Positions 42,282 to 56,689 of a stretch of 64,000 nt of DNA are shown one piece after another (positions within the stretch are counted from its first letter, which is position 1; each line of letters starts with the position of its first letter). A model generated the notes under the pieces. That model saw nothing but the letters and a program-made list of their open reading frames with translations, was not told the origin of the DNA and made no database searches. The position numbers were made by a program, and so were the translations under genes. Source of the stretch: Mytilus edulis (taxonomy: Eukaryota). Location: NCBI RefSeq assembly GCF_963676685.1, contig NC_092353.1:2356001-2420000 (forward strand). Reading direction: 5' to 3'.

Positions 42282-45200
42282 CTTAAGCTACGGCGAAATA
42301 AAATAAAGCGCAGAATCGAAGAAGAATTCCTCCAAAGAACAGAAAGTCCTGCAAGCTTTTAAGCAGCCTTGACATTTGATATGTATCTACACAGTGATGC
42401 ATAAAATGTTTAACATAAATAAATATACAAGACAGTACAACAAACTGTACACACCACGAAACTCCTCCGATATAAGGACGTGAAAGTAAATTAACAAAAA
42501 TAATATTTACAACTTATAAATAAACATTATAATTCTATCACCTGAAGATATTTATTTGAAATGTTATTCCACATTTTTGTTATTGTTGATGACGATTTAT
42601 TAATCAGATTTTACAGGTATATAACTGTCATAATATATCAAATAAATGTAGGAAATTTGATAATTATATTGCTTGAAGAATTAGTAGAAATCATTTGAAG
42701 GGAGATATTGTTTTATTTATCTTGATAGTTATTGTTTAATCAGTAGACACGCGTCTTATCGCTTATTTTCTCTTATTCATATTTCAGTTTTGACAAGATC
42801 ATTTTCATAAATTATCAATTAATTACCTGTACACAAACATACCTGCTTTTACAAAATACATAACTACATTTATAAGAGCATTTTATCTTGATTAATGTAA
42901 CTGGTATGTAAATTTATATCAATATATTCATATTTTATTTATATTTATTAAACTGCATTTTCGAATGTATTCAACGTTGTGATATGCATTGAAATATACA
43001 ATTGTTGAATTACATAAATGCCACAAGATATTGCCACACCATTTACAACTCTTTCTACACCGTACTTAAATTTGCATTATTTGTAAATCGTAATAATATT
43101 TAGCACACAAGACATGCATAAATGAAACTGCAATCATATCACAAACTACGATTTAAATAAAATAATAAAAATATCAAGTACGTGAATCATAAGTTAAATG
43201 AATACCTGATATCCTAATGACCAATAACGAAAAGTAAGAAAATCTCAAAACTGTAGAACGTATGTGCTTTAGAAGCAGTTTAACTATTTATCACTAGTAA
43301 CAACTTACGTTAATGGTCACTTTGATTAATTGGCTGATTGTTTAACGTCATGTTGCATCAATATATAAAAGGTCTCAAGGTACTGTAAAAGTTTGCATGT
43401 TGCCCAACATATTGATGTAGATTTTTAATCAGTAAAAGCAAACAATTGAAATGATACTAGTAGTACTGAATAGAGACATCAGTAGTATTACGCTGTTCAA
43501 CAGTCGTAACACGATTTTCGAAGAAAACACGTCAACTCTAAGGAAAAAACAAACACAATGAACTGCTATAAAAACAAACGCCAACATACATAGAAACGGA
43601 CTATTTGATATCAAATGTTATATTCGTGACTTGGTACAGGACATTTAAAAAAATAATGGCGGGTTAAACCTGTTTTTTTGGCTAGTCAAACTTCCCGCTT
43701 TAAATCAATAATCAATTTTAAGAAGTTGATGCGACCATCGCCAACATTTTGAATAATAGTACGTACTGAATCTGGAACAGGTAATGCAAACATCGTCGAA
43801 AGTTGAAACAATAGAATTTTATCAGTTAATAACAGCATTGCCAATAGTTGGAACATAAATAATACATCAGTTAATGCCAGCCGCGCTAATAGTTGGTACA
43901 ATAATACTTAAAGAGTTAATGCCAGCATCACCAAAAGTTTAAATAATAGTACTGAATCTGTTAATGCAAGCATTGTCATTTGATAAAACTTTTATTTCTA
44001 TCTCTCTTTACTATAAGGGTAATAGTCAAAGAATGTATACGATATTTGGATAGATTAGTAAATTTTAGAAGTAAAAAATGTTATGTGAATATTGATGTAA
44101 AATTATCAAAATGTCATGCAAAAATATTAATTTATGTGCATTATATCACAGCAGATTAAGATAGCAAGAAATATATTAATACTATTGGAACCAATTGAAG
44201 AGTATAAAATATATATACATCTGATTTTGTGTGTGCATTTTTTTTAGTACATGAACTGCCTAAGTATCGTATGTTTATATTTGGGTTCACTTTATTAAAA
44301 AAAAGTATGCAAATAACATAATTAGAATGTCATAAGGTAATATTCCAAAATCTTTGAACGCTTTTATATCGTTTCACTTCTAATCCAATATTTATCACAA
44401 GTTGCTTATGTCTGTAAACACAACAAGTTTTGCTTCAATGAGAATACGACAAAAATCTCCTTTAATATATTTACTTTAACTAATTTATTTCTGTATTTAC
44501 AAATCAAAAATTGATAACACACGGAATAGTTTTAACCCAGGCTCATCTTTTTTTTTATCACCGATTAACTTCAAACAAAAGACAGATAGAATATTGTTAC
44601 ATTAAATCATGTAAATGAACCAATGGCACGCGAGATACTCGTGACATGAATATTAATAAGGACATGTCGGTGATTTTTGTGTAAGTAAGTTTTATGAAGC
44701 GTAGCAGCCACTGTTTGTGTAGTTCAGATTTCACATTAGAAAACGTCTGTACGCGTGTGTCAATTCCCTCTACACATATCGTATTAACTTTGCAATCGGC
44801 TTATTTTACACATATGAACGAGTCAAAATTTCTAAATTTGATTATTCTTTGATGCATGTTCACACAGAACTGTCTTGTAGCAAGTACAAATCAGTTAATA
44901 GTTACTATCAGTTTTAAAGACGATAGGATTGTTTATAAATACAAATAAAACAGTAAGAAGCTGCAGTTTTGTATCGAGCGATATTTCTCATTCCAGACCT
45001 TCGTGAATTTACTTGCAGTGTACGATGTAGAAGAGTTATTCACATTCTGATAAAATTTAGTGTTTCCGGTTATGTTTCTATCTAGTAGAACTACAAGAGA
45101 CCAAGTAATACAGAAATAAACAACTATAGGTCACCGTCCGGCATTCAAAAATGAGCGAAACAAATAATGAACATACTGTAGTGGCTCTTTCTAAGAAGCA

Positions 45201-45789
45201 ATTCACAATAAGCATATGAAAAGCGGCAAGATAGACTTCTCATTTAGATTCTGCAGAGGATATGCCTTAAAAAACTATAGACTACATTCTGTTCATACTT
45301 TGAACGCGCGATTATATGTCAAAGTTAATGTTGATATAACCATGTGCCTGTCAGTATAAGGAAACGGTCCCAGCACTTTAAATATTTCTATCCTTTAAGG
45401 GTGGATTTATCATAGATAAGTAAAATCGTATAATAAAAAAGCAATGAATGAGGATGTTAAATTTTATATATGCCTTTTTGTGCTTCTTTGTTACATATTT
45501 GTTTGTTTTTATAGTGATTAAGATTATAACACAATGTTGACTGCTGTACCCCTATGTTTGACATTTTTACATATTTTTTCTGTTTGTTTTGTTCACGCAT
45601 CGTTGTCAATATATTGAAATTTGATGCAACTGTTATACAAGTGAGTGGTTTAGCTAGCTATCAATCCAGGTTCAATCCACCATTTTCTACATGATGTAAT
45701 TGACTTCAAGTCATCGTACGGTCTGCATCAAATAACACGTGCAGTTTTTTTTTGTTTGTAAACAAATTTCAAATGTTCGTGTCTATCCT

Positions 45790-46020
45790 GTTTACAAAAC
45801 TTTGAAATTTTTGAAAAACTAAGGATTTTCTTATCCCTGGCATAGATTACCTTAGCTGTAATTGGCACAACTTTTTAGGAGTTTTGGATCCGCAATGCTC
45901 TTCAACTTTGTACTTGTTTAGCTTTATAAATATTTTGATATAAGCGTCACTGATGAATCTTATGTAGACGAAACACGCGTCTGGCGTACTAAACTATAAT
46001 CCTAGTACCTTTGATAACTA
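45790..46020 (+). ncRNA. Same retrozyme family, one hammerhead at 45944-45987
   Basis: gcgtca ctgatga atct tatgt agac gaaa cacgcg tc tggcgt (G10.1>A); flanks are the reverse complement of ~59152-59390. Confidence 0.8.
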
Positions 46021-47053
46021 ACTATAAAATTGTGTGACACGTTCGAAGTTCACGATATGGTAGCAAGTGTTAGGTGATACATGCATAACAGGAGATGCTT
46101 ACACCGTCGATGTTCCATGTCGTGCTCCTTTTACTCCATGCGACTCTCTAAGATTTTGTTGATTATATTGATCAATTTTTTTAATCAATTTTGTGAGATT
46201 TGAAAATCGTTTAATCACATTGTTGCCTTTATTTATTTATCTTTAATCAAATTTCAAACATTTCATTGAAAAATAAATGTGTTTATCTCCCCAAGTCCGT
46301 TTGAATCTGTCTTACATGTTTTTCTTCTTATTTGGTATATTTTTTTCTTTTCTTTTCAATCATCAGTTATGGTTGTAAAGACAACAATGTAAGAAATATT
46401 CCAAAACAATACTAACGAAAGCGTGATGAAAACTCAAGGGTATAATTGAGTATGCCCAATATATTTTCATATTCATACAGCTAATCAGTGACGCCCGATA
46501 TGGAAGGTTTAATTGATTAAGAGTTGCAAAGCATTGAAATCAAGAATTCCAAAATGGTTTGCCAAATTTTGTTATAGCCATGCATTTATCTTATATCTGG
46601 TGAAATGATTAGTTGTTCGAATAATTCAATATTTTTTAACATTAGATTTACAGAAATGAATGTATCACTAATATCAATGGCACAGAAGAGTGTTTAATAC
46701 TGGACAAGTGAAATAGATCCAGTTGTAGTGACTTCCTACTCGAAGATTGAAATAGATCCAGCAGTTATGAAAAAATTCCAATGACATTCTGCTTATAGTT
46801 GATACACCGGACGCCTGTTTCATCTTCAGAAGATTCATCAAAAGCACTGGACTAAACGAATAAGAAAGTAAAAGCAACATCGAATTTAAAGAACATTTTA
46901 CAAAGTCTTGCGAAAAAGTAAATATACGGTTTTAAAATCATCAACACTCAATGAAAAGAATAACCTGACTTTTGTTATATATTTATAGTACTTATATATA
47001 TATCGATTATCCATTCTGAGATGAGGATAATTCTGAGCACAGGTGAAGTTTAA

Positions 47054-47084
<31 letters not shown>

Positions 47085-47758
47085 AACCACCACCCACCAT
47101 TTTCACTTTAAGTTCTTTTTTCGTTCTCTCCGTCGACTTAATTTATTTCAAATTTCACAGGTAACACAATATTGAAACCAAACATGATTTGTATAAAAGT
47201 CTACCATTAAATACAAAATTTCACTTCGTTGTATTTGCTATGATTCATTACTAGCTGTGAATATTGGTAAAAATGACATGTACACTTTGTTTTAACCTTA
47301 CATGAATTAAAAGAAATGTTTGAAGAAATCAAAATTCGATTTAACCGATTGATTTGATTATTACTTTATGACACCTTTTGATTAAACTTTACATTGCTCT
47401 TGCTTTCACATGTTGGGATTTAAACGTTCCTGGCGAATGTAAATCTAGGAATTCATAATGGACGCATAAAATTGAAACAGTTTTCATTTTTCCTTTCATT
47501 TTACAAAAGAAAAGTAACAATTATATATCTTTTTTCACCATATATGTAAGGATGTAAGTAAAACTGAAAACTTATGAAAGATAAATATTTTTAAAAAACT
47601 GTTAAGAAGCAATCATCATTGTAATATAACGTTGTAAATTAAAATCTTTTGTTTCTGGGTGATGAAATGAACTACAAGTATTAATATCAAGGAAAGAAAC
47701 ATTAAACATATTTACACATTAACCATTAGTTAGAAAGTATTTATAAATAGCTTTCAAG

Positions 47759-47791
47759 GGCACGCGACAGCTGCATTTTTTGAGGCGGAGC
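47759..47791 (+). promoter_or_regulatory. Candidate distal enhancer: HES site overlapping a proneural E-box, plus GC box
   Basis: GGCACGCGAC (47759-47768) overlapping ACAGCTG (47767-47773), then GGCGGAGC (47784-47791). Confidence 0.5.
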
Positions 47792-49147
47792 TTAGATTAT
47801 AATTGACATTTCATTTCTTTAAAATAAGAAAATGAATACATATATAATAGATGTCTTTTCACCAATACCTACATAACACAAATATAAAGAAACTAGGCTT
47901 ACATTTCACATCAAAATATTAAAATTATATATGTCATACGCTGTATGGTTTTGTATATACTTTTGTCGGATACAGAATAAATTGTCCATTAAACGAAAAT
48001 CGACAACAGTTTACAATTGAGTTAAATATATTGGTTAATATTTTAAACTTTACATACACGTTTCTAAAATAATACTGGGTAAAGTTGTCTTTCATCATTT
48101 TGTGTATCTATTAAAAACTGTATTCAGATAAATATTAAATGTCTTGCAAAAATTTATTGATTGCAAGCCAACTTATATCGTTGTATTATTATACATCCAA
48201 TTATAAAGGCTAAAACAGTTATCGTTGTAAATATAATGGTATTTGATGCGACTGTCATACAACTGAGAGGCTTAGCGCTATAAAACCAGGTTAAATCCAC
48301 GATTTTCTACATTTGAAAATGCATGTACCAAGTCAGGAATATGACAGTTGTTGTCCATCCGTTTGATGTGTTTTATCATTTGATTTTGCCATTTGATTAA
48401 GGACTTTTCGTTTTTTTATTTTCTTCAAAGTTCAGTAATTTTGTGATTTTGTGACTTTGTGTATAGGGGCCCGTCACGACTATTATTATACCTAAACTTT
48501 TGGATCATTATATAGAAGATATCTCTTCTTTAAATATTCATATGGCTGTTGCCTGCGTTGATTTCTTATATCCAATTGAACCTGCTTTAAATGAAATGAC
48601 TTATAGAATTAAGGCTGAATAATATATCGAATCACACATTGAAGTTGGTTAAAAAAAAAGCTTTTCAGAACTGAAGTGGGGAACAAAACTGATTTCTCTT
48701 TTTGAACGTTCATTAATCACGTACAACCGTACAGCAGCACATGCATATGTTATCATTTGATGCCAGTCTTCAACAAATAGCATTACAAATACCGTGTTTG
48801 CATTGCGTCCCATAACAAACAGCATTACAAATACAAGTTGAATACTAGTATATTTCCTATACAATCCGTCCCGTCGTTCTTATGTAATTGATTTTGCCCC
48901 ACAATTATAGAAGTGCTTCTGGGGAAGTGTTCTATTGTGTGTTGCCCAACCTCAGGGATGTATCATCTTTCCTCGCTCTTTGGTTGTTTGTTTTTTTCCT
49001 CAATCCTTTTAATTACACTTCTTTCATCTCATACATTGACAATTAATCTTATATATACGTTCTGCAACATTTCATAATATTTACAATATATCTAATCGAT
49101 TTTTATTGTATCTCTGTTATGTTTTAAAGATATGTTATCATATGGAC

Positions 49148-49360
49148 ATGTGGATCAGGATCTGCTCACCCTTCCGGAGCACCTGAGATCACCCCTAGTT
49201 TTTGGCGGGGCTCGTGTTGTTTATTCTTTAGTTTTCTATGTTGTGTCATGTGTACTATTGTTTGTCTGTTTGTCCTTTTCATTTTTAAAAATGGCGTTGT
49301 CAGTTTATTTTCGATTTATGAGTTTGACTGTCCCTCTGGTATCTTTCGTCCCTCTTTTAT
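49148..49360 (+). mobile_element. Solo 3'UTR of the 41.7-kb Penelope-like family
   Basis: Reverse complement of ~41690-41905 (cccttccggagcacctgag...gactgtccctctggtatcttt). Confidence 0.8.
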
Positions 49361-50467
49361 CATCAGTTTCTAATTGACAATTTGAAGCTTTCTCATGCAG
49401 TGTCGCAATAGTTGTAGATTCTACAGACGATTTCTCATTGACCAGTTTAACTAACATGTGGGTTTTGTTTGATGATTAATTATAGTTCCTTTTTTTATTT
49501 GACCTTATGAAAAGTTGGTGTTGATGACAAGTGTTTAATACTCATAACTCGAGCGAAGAAAACAATTACATGCGTACAAAGCCAAGAAAAGTGAAATTGA
49601 AGCGACAGTAGCTCTCCAAATGTTTAACCTATTTTTTGCACACTTCTATTGTTCAAGTCCGTATGAGTCTTTCTAAATGAATTAATGTGTTGTGTTTTAC
49701 GTTGATGTATCATTGGTAAATGCCGTAGTATTTTTTATTTACTAGGATTTGTTACCGAGCGGAATGCTATAATCTAGCATTATAGTGCGCTATGTATTTC
49801 GAATATATTAAGTCACTTAACCCAGAAGGTATACAACTTTCTGACAGATTAAATGGTTATTTTACCATTAAGATAAAATAGCATGAGACGGTTTCAAGTT
49901 GTGTGTTTATATCTTCGTAGAGAGGATTACGAAAAGCATTTTGACACTTGAAACTTTAAAATGATTAGCGCAAAGCCATAAAACGTTTGGCATATTATCA
50001 TAGTCTCCGTAGAAAGCTTATATTAACATTTGTTTTGAGGAGTATTAGTGCCAAGACTATCTTTTAATGCATCAGGTGTTTTATTGTTATGGGCCAAAAA
50101 GAATAAAAATATTTATTAGTGTCGTCTTTAACATTAAAAGAGGGATAACTCAAGTAATTGAAAGGAGATTTTTTAGACATTAAAATGTTAAAAATTGCAT
50201 TATAATCTGTATCAGGTACAGAGTGTTATGGAAGTGCCGAGTAGGACTCAATTGTATTGTCAAATAGTGCCTACCTAATGAAATTATTCATAATGACTAC
50301 ATCATTACCTGTTATCGATTTATGTATCTATATGTAAATAAATCTATTTATCTTTTTACCTTTCAGCGCTTTGCAATTATGTCCCTTGTTCAATAATTTC
50401 TGATTTCGGTCTGATCTATAAGCTCTTTATTTTAAATAAGGTTAGAATTTTATAGTCTTTGTCTTCG

Positions 50468-50512
50468 ACCACTACTGAAGAGACATTAATTGTCGAAATG
50501 CGAATTAGGTGC
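50468..50512 (+). ncRNA. Hammerhead-like motif of a second family, probably decayed
   Basis: CTGAAGA-GACA(TTAAT)TGTC-GAAA-TGCGAA-TT; core and stem II are intact, stem I is weak. Confidence 0.55.
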
Positions 50513-51145
50513 AACAATATTAGTACCGTTTGAGTTCTTTTATAATCGTTACAAATATTGCTACCAACTTTCTTTACTTGAGTCATTTTCATAATTTAAT
50601 TTCCTTTTTAAAAATAATAAGACTGGTTAAATTACTAAGTTATGCCCCCTTTTTGTATACAAACATTTTTTTCTATATTTGTGTGTCAGCATTTCTGTTC
50701 AGTAAATTTAATGTATGTTGAATATAATAATATTTTGATTAATACTATGGTTTTGTTTTCAATGCTTTTGAAATTCGTTGACTTTTTGGCTGTCATTGCT
50801 TCTTTTTTTTATAACATATCGCCCAGAATGACAACATTAAATATTGAATGTATTATTCTATGTCAATACTGAGTGATTATAGTTATTCAAACTGATAAAC
50901 AAAGGTAATATACTTCAAAATTATATTCTTAGTTTTTATATTAGAAGAACAGGAGAATTATCCATTTTAAAATTGATAACTCTCTTTTTTGCAGTGGAAT
51001 GTTAAATAAAGGCAAAGTGTTGGCCTTTTCAAGACCTCTGCTTTGAACCCCACAAACAGCTGTATATTAAAAGTGACAAGTGATATATACTACGGACGCT
51101 CAAATCTCTTTCAACTTGCATAATACATTAATTGCATCGTAAAAT

Positions 51146-51322
51146 GGCTCATTTGTTACAAAATGTATGTTGCACAGTCATAAAGATCACACACATTCAT
51201 TCTAAAAGGACTCGTTTGTTACTAAATGCATATGGCCCAGTCATAAAGATCACACACATCCATTCTACACGGGCTCATTTGTGACTAAATGTATATGGCA
51301 CAAATACATAGATCACATAGAT
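51146..51322. repeat. Three diverged ~62-bp tandem units
   Basis: ggctcatttgttac..aaatgtat...cagtcataaagatcacacaca recurs. Confidence 0.75.
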
Positions 51323-51728
51323 CCTTTTGGACAATTAATTGTTCAGATTTATTGGAATGTGCAAATTTACAGTATTTAGGTATGAGAGTGTAAACATGCA
51401 TCGTTTACTCCTGTTAATGTCAGCGCGTTTAAAACTTGCGGATCTGTGAAGTGAAACTATATCGTATGAAGATTAACCCGACATTTATAAAGTTATCATA
51501 GATACCAGAATTACAACTGTGTACGACATACGCGCGTGTCGTCTGCGAAAGACTCATTAATGAAGCTCAAATAAAACAAAGTTAACACGACTTTGTTAGA
51601 TGCATTGATATCTTTTCATTTTATTTGTTTTTGTCTTTTTATGATACAATTGTATTTTCTTAATAACAATGATCAGTTGCTTGTATGATATCTTTTGTGA
51701 CCAAGCATTTTTTTTAGCCTTTTGAAAT

Positions 51729-52246
51729 GCATTAATAAGCGTTGGCAATATGTCTCGATCCACGAGTATTAATAAGCGTTGGCAATATGTCTCGATCCAC
51801 GAGCATTAATAAGCGTTGGCAATATGTCTCGATCCACGAGTATTAATAAGCGTTGGCAATATGTCTCGATCCACGAGCATTAATAAGCGTTGGCAATATG
51901 TCTCGATCCACGAGCATTAATAAGCGTTGGCAATATGTCTCGATCCACGAGCATTAATAAACGTTGGCAATATGTCTCGATCCACGAGCATTAATAAGCG
52001 TTGGCAATATGTCTCGATCCACGAGCATTAATAAGCGTTGGCAATATGTCTCGATCCACGAGCATTAATAAGCGTTGGCAATATGTCTCGATCCACGAGC
52101 ATTAATAAGCGTTGGCAATATGTCTCGATCCACGAGCATTAATAAGCGTTGGCAATATGTCTCGATCCACGAGCATTAATAAGCGTTGGCAATATGTCTC
52201 GATCCACGAGCATTAATAAGCGTTGGCAATATGTCTCGATCCACGA
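51729..52246. repeat. 37-bp minisatellite, 14 copies
   Basis: Unit gcattaataagcgttggcaatatgtctcgatccacga. Confidence 0.98.
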
Positions 52247-55200
52247 GTATTGATGTGTTGCCATATTCTAACAGTAATTTTATCATTTTGTAAATTTTAT
52301 AAATCTTTTCTTTTATGTGTCTGAGACTTATCGTTAACTTTATATGACAGATCAATAAGGGAACATAATTTGACACCCACTTAAAAGTGTCTAAATTTTA
52401 CAATAACGTAAGACGATAAATATTGGTCTATTGTATGTACTGAGTGCTTGTCATTTGATGTGGTGCTTGTTTTGGTATAGATATTGCATTTATTAAGATA
52501 CATAAGGGATACATTATGAACATGTAACATTGGAGCCACACACACACACACACACACAGAGAATGAGAGAGAGAGTTTTTAATTCGACAGAGTGTACGTC
52601 TCCAGGTGCATACGATATTTCAGAGTTCGCAATTCCTATCGTGATTTCCTCTATATAGACTGCTGCTTACGGGGAGGGGAGGCTTTAAATCAAGGCAACA
52701 CGTCATATATTGATTGAGAGAAAATAAATCCGCTTACAAACTACCGAAGGAAACACATCAACTATATGAGGAAATCAAACGATCAACATGAACACTGAAG
52801 TGCAAAACGAACATACAGTCAACACAGATAGATTTTTTTTTATAACAACTGCCATATGCCTGAAGAAGAACAAATTGTGGGTTGAACCGTTTTTTCGACA
52901 AGTCAATCCTCCCGCTTATATGGCAATGTTAAAAAACTATTTTAATAATGACAACAACACCACGTGACACAAATACAGTACAATCACACACAAGAACACT
53001 CATTACAGAGAAACGCGCTATAAAATATAAACAATAGTTGACACAACATGCAAACCGCAGAACAACAACGAACAAATTCAATCAACGACAGACAGAACAG
53101 GACATCACAAACAGTGACGCACTTATGCAATAAACTATATACAATTATTTTCGCAATACCAGTCCAAATACCTGTACGAAGTCGGGAATATGGCAGTCGT
53201 TATCAAAAAGTCAGTTTCTATATATGTTGGCGTTTGTTTTTGTTTGCTTGGTTTTTTTGTTGTTTTTTTTTCTTTTGCCAATTGGTCTCCACTTATAGTT
53301 ATGTTTTATTATTTGTAAGCCGGATTTGTTTTCTCTCAATCGAATTATGACAGCGTTATAATACCGTTGCCTTTATTAACTTGTTTGGATAACTTTTATT
53401 GTACATTCATTATAGCTTGCACATAATAAAATGAGAGTTCGGAATAATTTAGACAAAACAGCTCTTTTAAAAAAATGTTTTTGAATTAATTTATATCAAC
53501 TTTGTTAAGAGTCATTACTGCATCACAGACTAGATAATATAGATAAGAAGATGTGGTATGAATGCAAACGAGTGCCAATGAGACAACTCGCCATCCAAGT
53601 CACAATTAATAAATTAACCATTATAGGTCAAATGGCAAGTGTAAAACAATTCAAACAGGAAAACCAACGGTCTAATCCATATAAAAAAACAAGAAACACT
53701 TTTGGACAAAATCAACAAACGACAACCACTGAACATCAGTTCCTGAATAAGGACAGATTCAAACAAATGCAGCGGGCTCAAGTAGACCAAAGCCCATATC
53801 AAGGAGTTCAGCTTACTTACAACCTGATATATGATAAACACAACAATATCATCGTATTTAAAGCAAAACAAACAAATCTTGAAAACCCCATACCAAGCTA
53901 CTTTTTGACCAAATGCAGAATGTTCGAGCACTTCTTTGGGTCCATACCAAGAAAACTACATACAAATGATGTACATGGCGTATTAATCTTCAATACAGCA
54001 AAATACCTGAATCAGTTACTAACATTCAAAAGAAATTAAAATTACCTTCAACAGAGACATGAAGTGTGTTTCAAAAGTATTAAGTCCTAAATGACAAGTC
54101 TTAATATTTTCAAGGGAAATAAACGTGATTGATTGAATTCAAATTTGATAAAGCATCTCAGGAAGGCAAATACTCAGTAGAAATATCCTATATGTTCAGA
54201 TACACAAAGTCAAGTTATTTTCATAGTGTTGGTTGAGTTTTTTTTTCTGATACGTGGACGTAAGTCTTCCCGATTTCATCAGTAAAAAAGCAAAAGAAAT
54301 TTAAATCAGAAAATAGCTGAAGTGATCAAAGTTAACGCTGACAGGTGAAAGTTCCAATTTACTTTTTAATGAGATATGTGATATATATATTCTTGCAAAA
54401 TTTATTTAATACTTTTAATAATGTTTATGCAATAAAACATGTTTTGTACAATTTTAACCTATTTCTGAAATACTTCTAATCATTAGAACTTTACATTCTA
54501 TAAAGTGGGGACCGAAGTTACAATACTTTCTGTTTAGCAAAAAAACCCTCTTGTCCTTTCTAGTCACATATTTGTTTGTTTTTGTAGTGCTTAAGATTAT
54601 AAAACAATGTTGACTGCTGTATGTTTGACATCTTTATATTTTTACCATATTTTTTTTTCACGTATCGTTGTCAATATATAATGGAAGTTGATGCGACTGC
54701 CATATAAATGAGAACTTTAGCTAGCTATAAAACCAGGTCAGGCCGCCATTTCGACACGAGAAATTGCATATACCGAGTCAGGAATATGACAGTTTTTATC
54801 CATTCGTTTGGTGTGTTTGGTTTTGCAATTTGATTAGGGACTATCCGTTATGAATTTTCGTTGTAGTTCAGTATTTTTGTGATTTTACTTTTTTCTATGA
54901 CTAATTGCCTAGTACTAATAAATATCCTACTTTATTATGTCAATTCTGAGCCTTTGAAATTAAAAGTGGCTCAAGACATGTTTATGTTTATGTTGTGAAT
55001 AAATGATTTACAAATTATAAATTCTAATAATACGATTGGAATGTATGCATACCATTATACTCTGTTGGTAAAAGTATTCTATCTGTCAAAACTATTTGAA
55101 GATGACCTGTATTGAGTTAACATTTGCTTTACAACTTGTTAATATATCAAAAGTCACAAGTACGCTTTAATGTACTCCTCAGAAACCAAATCTAGTGGAT

Positions 55201-56689
55201 AAGCAATTTGATAATTTTATCATACACAGCCGGATACGATTATCCTTTCGATGCATCCAGTCTCGCACCTTCTATAGCTCATGTGGTTGCCTCAAAGTTG
55301 TTGCCTTGTCGGTTGACGAGATTTGAACAGCATTTAACTACCGTTGTTTAATTTTCGAATAAGCTTGAACATTAGATAGTTCTTTTCTTTGAGCGATAAT
55401 TCCGCTCTCGAAGTTGAGCACTATTTTCGAAAGACACCAGTTCTAAATTGGGGAACTTTTTTTAAATGATAAAAGCGTTCACAAGCAATCAGTTGGAATT
55501 CTATTGACAAAATATTACCTCCCGTGTAAACATTGAAAACTGGATGGAATTGTATGCCACTGTCATCCAAGTGAGAGGTTGGCTAGCTATTTAAACCAGG
55601 TTTAATCCAACATTACTACATAAGAAATTGCCTGTACCAAGTCAGGTGTCCATTCGTTAAATGTGTTCGGGCTTTTGACTTTGCCATTTGATTAGGGACT
55701 TTCGGTTTTGAATTTTCCTAGGAGTTCAGTATTTTTGTGAATTAACATTTTTTTTGGTCCAATTTTAACAAAGATACCATCAATTATTGATTTACGGAAA
55801 AACGTTCTGGTAAATTGTAAAAATTGAAATAATTTGAAATTAAAACAAAACTTCAACTCAATGTGATTTTTTTCTCCTAAAAAGCAAACGACCAGGCAAT
55901 AGAAGATAGGTGTAAAACTGGTTAAAAATGTTGCTATGCGAATTTATTCCTGGAGCACCAACTTCAATTTATTTTTTTACTGTCTATATACCTCTTTGAA
56001 ACATGTTTATTTTTCGTGTATATATACAAATAGACCAGTGTAAGTCGGGGGAAAAATCTAAAGGAATCGATAGTTATGCAGCAAAGATTGGCACTTTTGA
56101 AATGAAGTTACTCAGCAAAATCAAACAGGCCTTATCTCGATGTAAACATTAATAGTAGAAAGATACATATTTTATAGAAACAGTTATCTATTTAATGTAC
56201 ATGTGACAAGCAGACCGGTGTGCACAACAACGTATGTATGTAAGAGGATGCATACTTAGGGAAATTTTAACATGTTAAGGGCATTTTGGAACACTCGGCA
56301 AATTAGTGAAACGAACGAATGTTCTGTTTTGTACGTCCATGGTTTTTCCATTTTGTTTTTATTAATATGCGGTAAAGATTGACAGTTTTAAAATTTTAAT
56401 TCACAAGCATCTTCCAAAATTATCTCGATACATATTAAACATAAAACATCAGGTGTTTGCATGTATGTTTCTAATAACACACTTTAACAAATAGTATCTT
56501 TAAAATGTACAATATAATGATTTAGAAATAACTTTTGATCAGTATCGTCACTGGTATTGTTTTTTTACTGTCTTTCTCGACTTTATCATAAGAAGAGTGA
56601 ATTGTCTTTTGTTTTCGTATAATGGAAATCCCACTGCAATAGTTAGTTGTAGTATAACATATTTAAATTAAAAAAAAAACAGATCAAAG

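Noticed and set aside
47421-47466. Possible third-family hammerhead remnant
   Set aside because: Core too degenerate (ctggcga, no GAAA) to support from this sequence.
51729-52246. 37-bp repeats of CRISPR-like length
   Set aside because: Head-to-tail with no spacers, no cas genes, eukaryotic context. The same applies to the 28-, 57- and 61-bp arrays.
53551-54039. 162-aa ORF
   Set aside because: First half is an inverted family-B repeat; no domain signal.
56050-56310. Possible remnant of exon 1 of the PM20D2 pseudogene
   Set aside because: No diagnostic PEL/EYDAL/HACGHN motif recoverable by eye.
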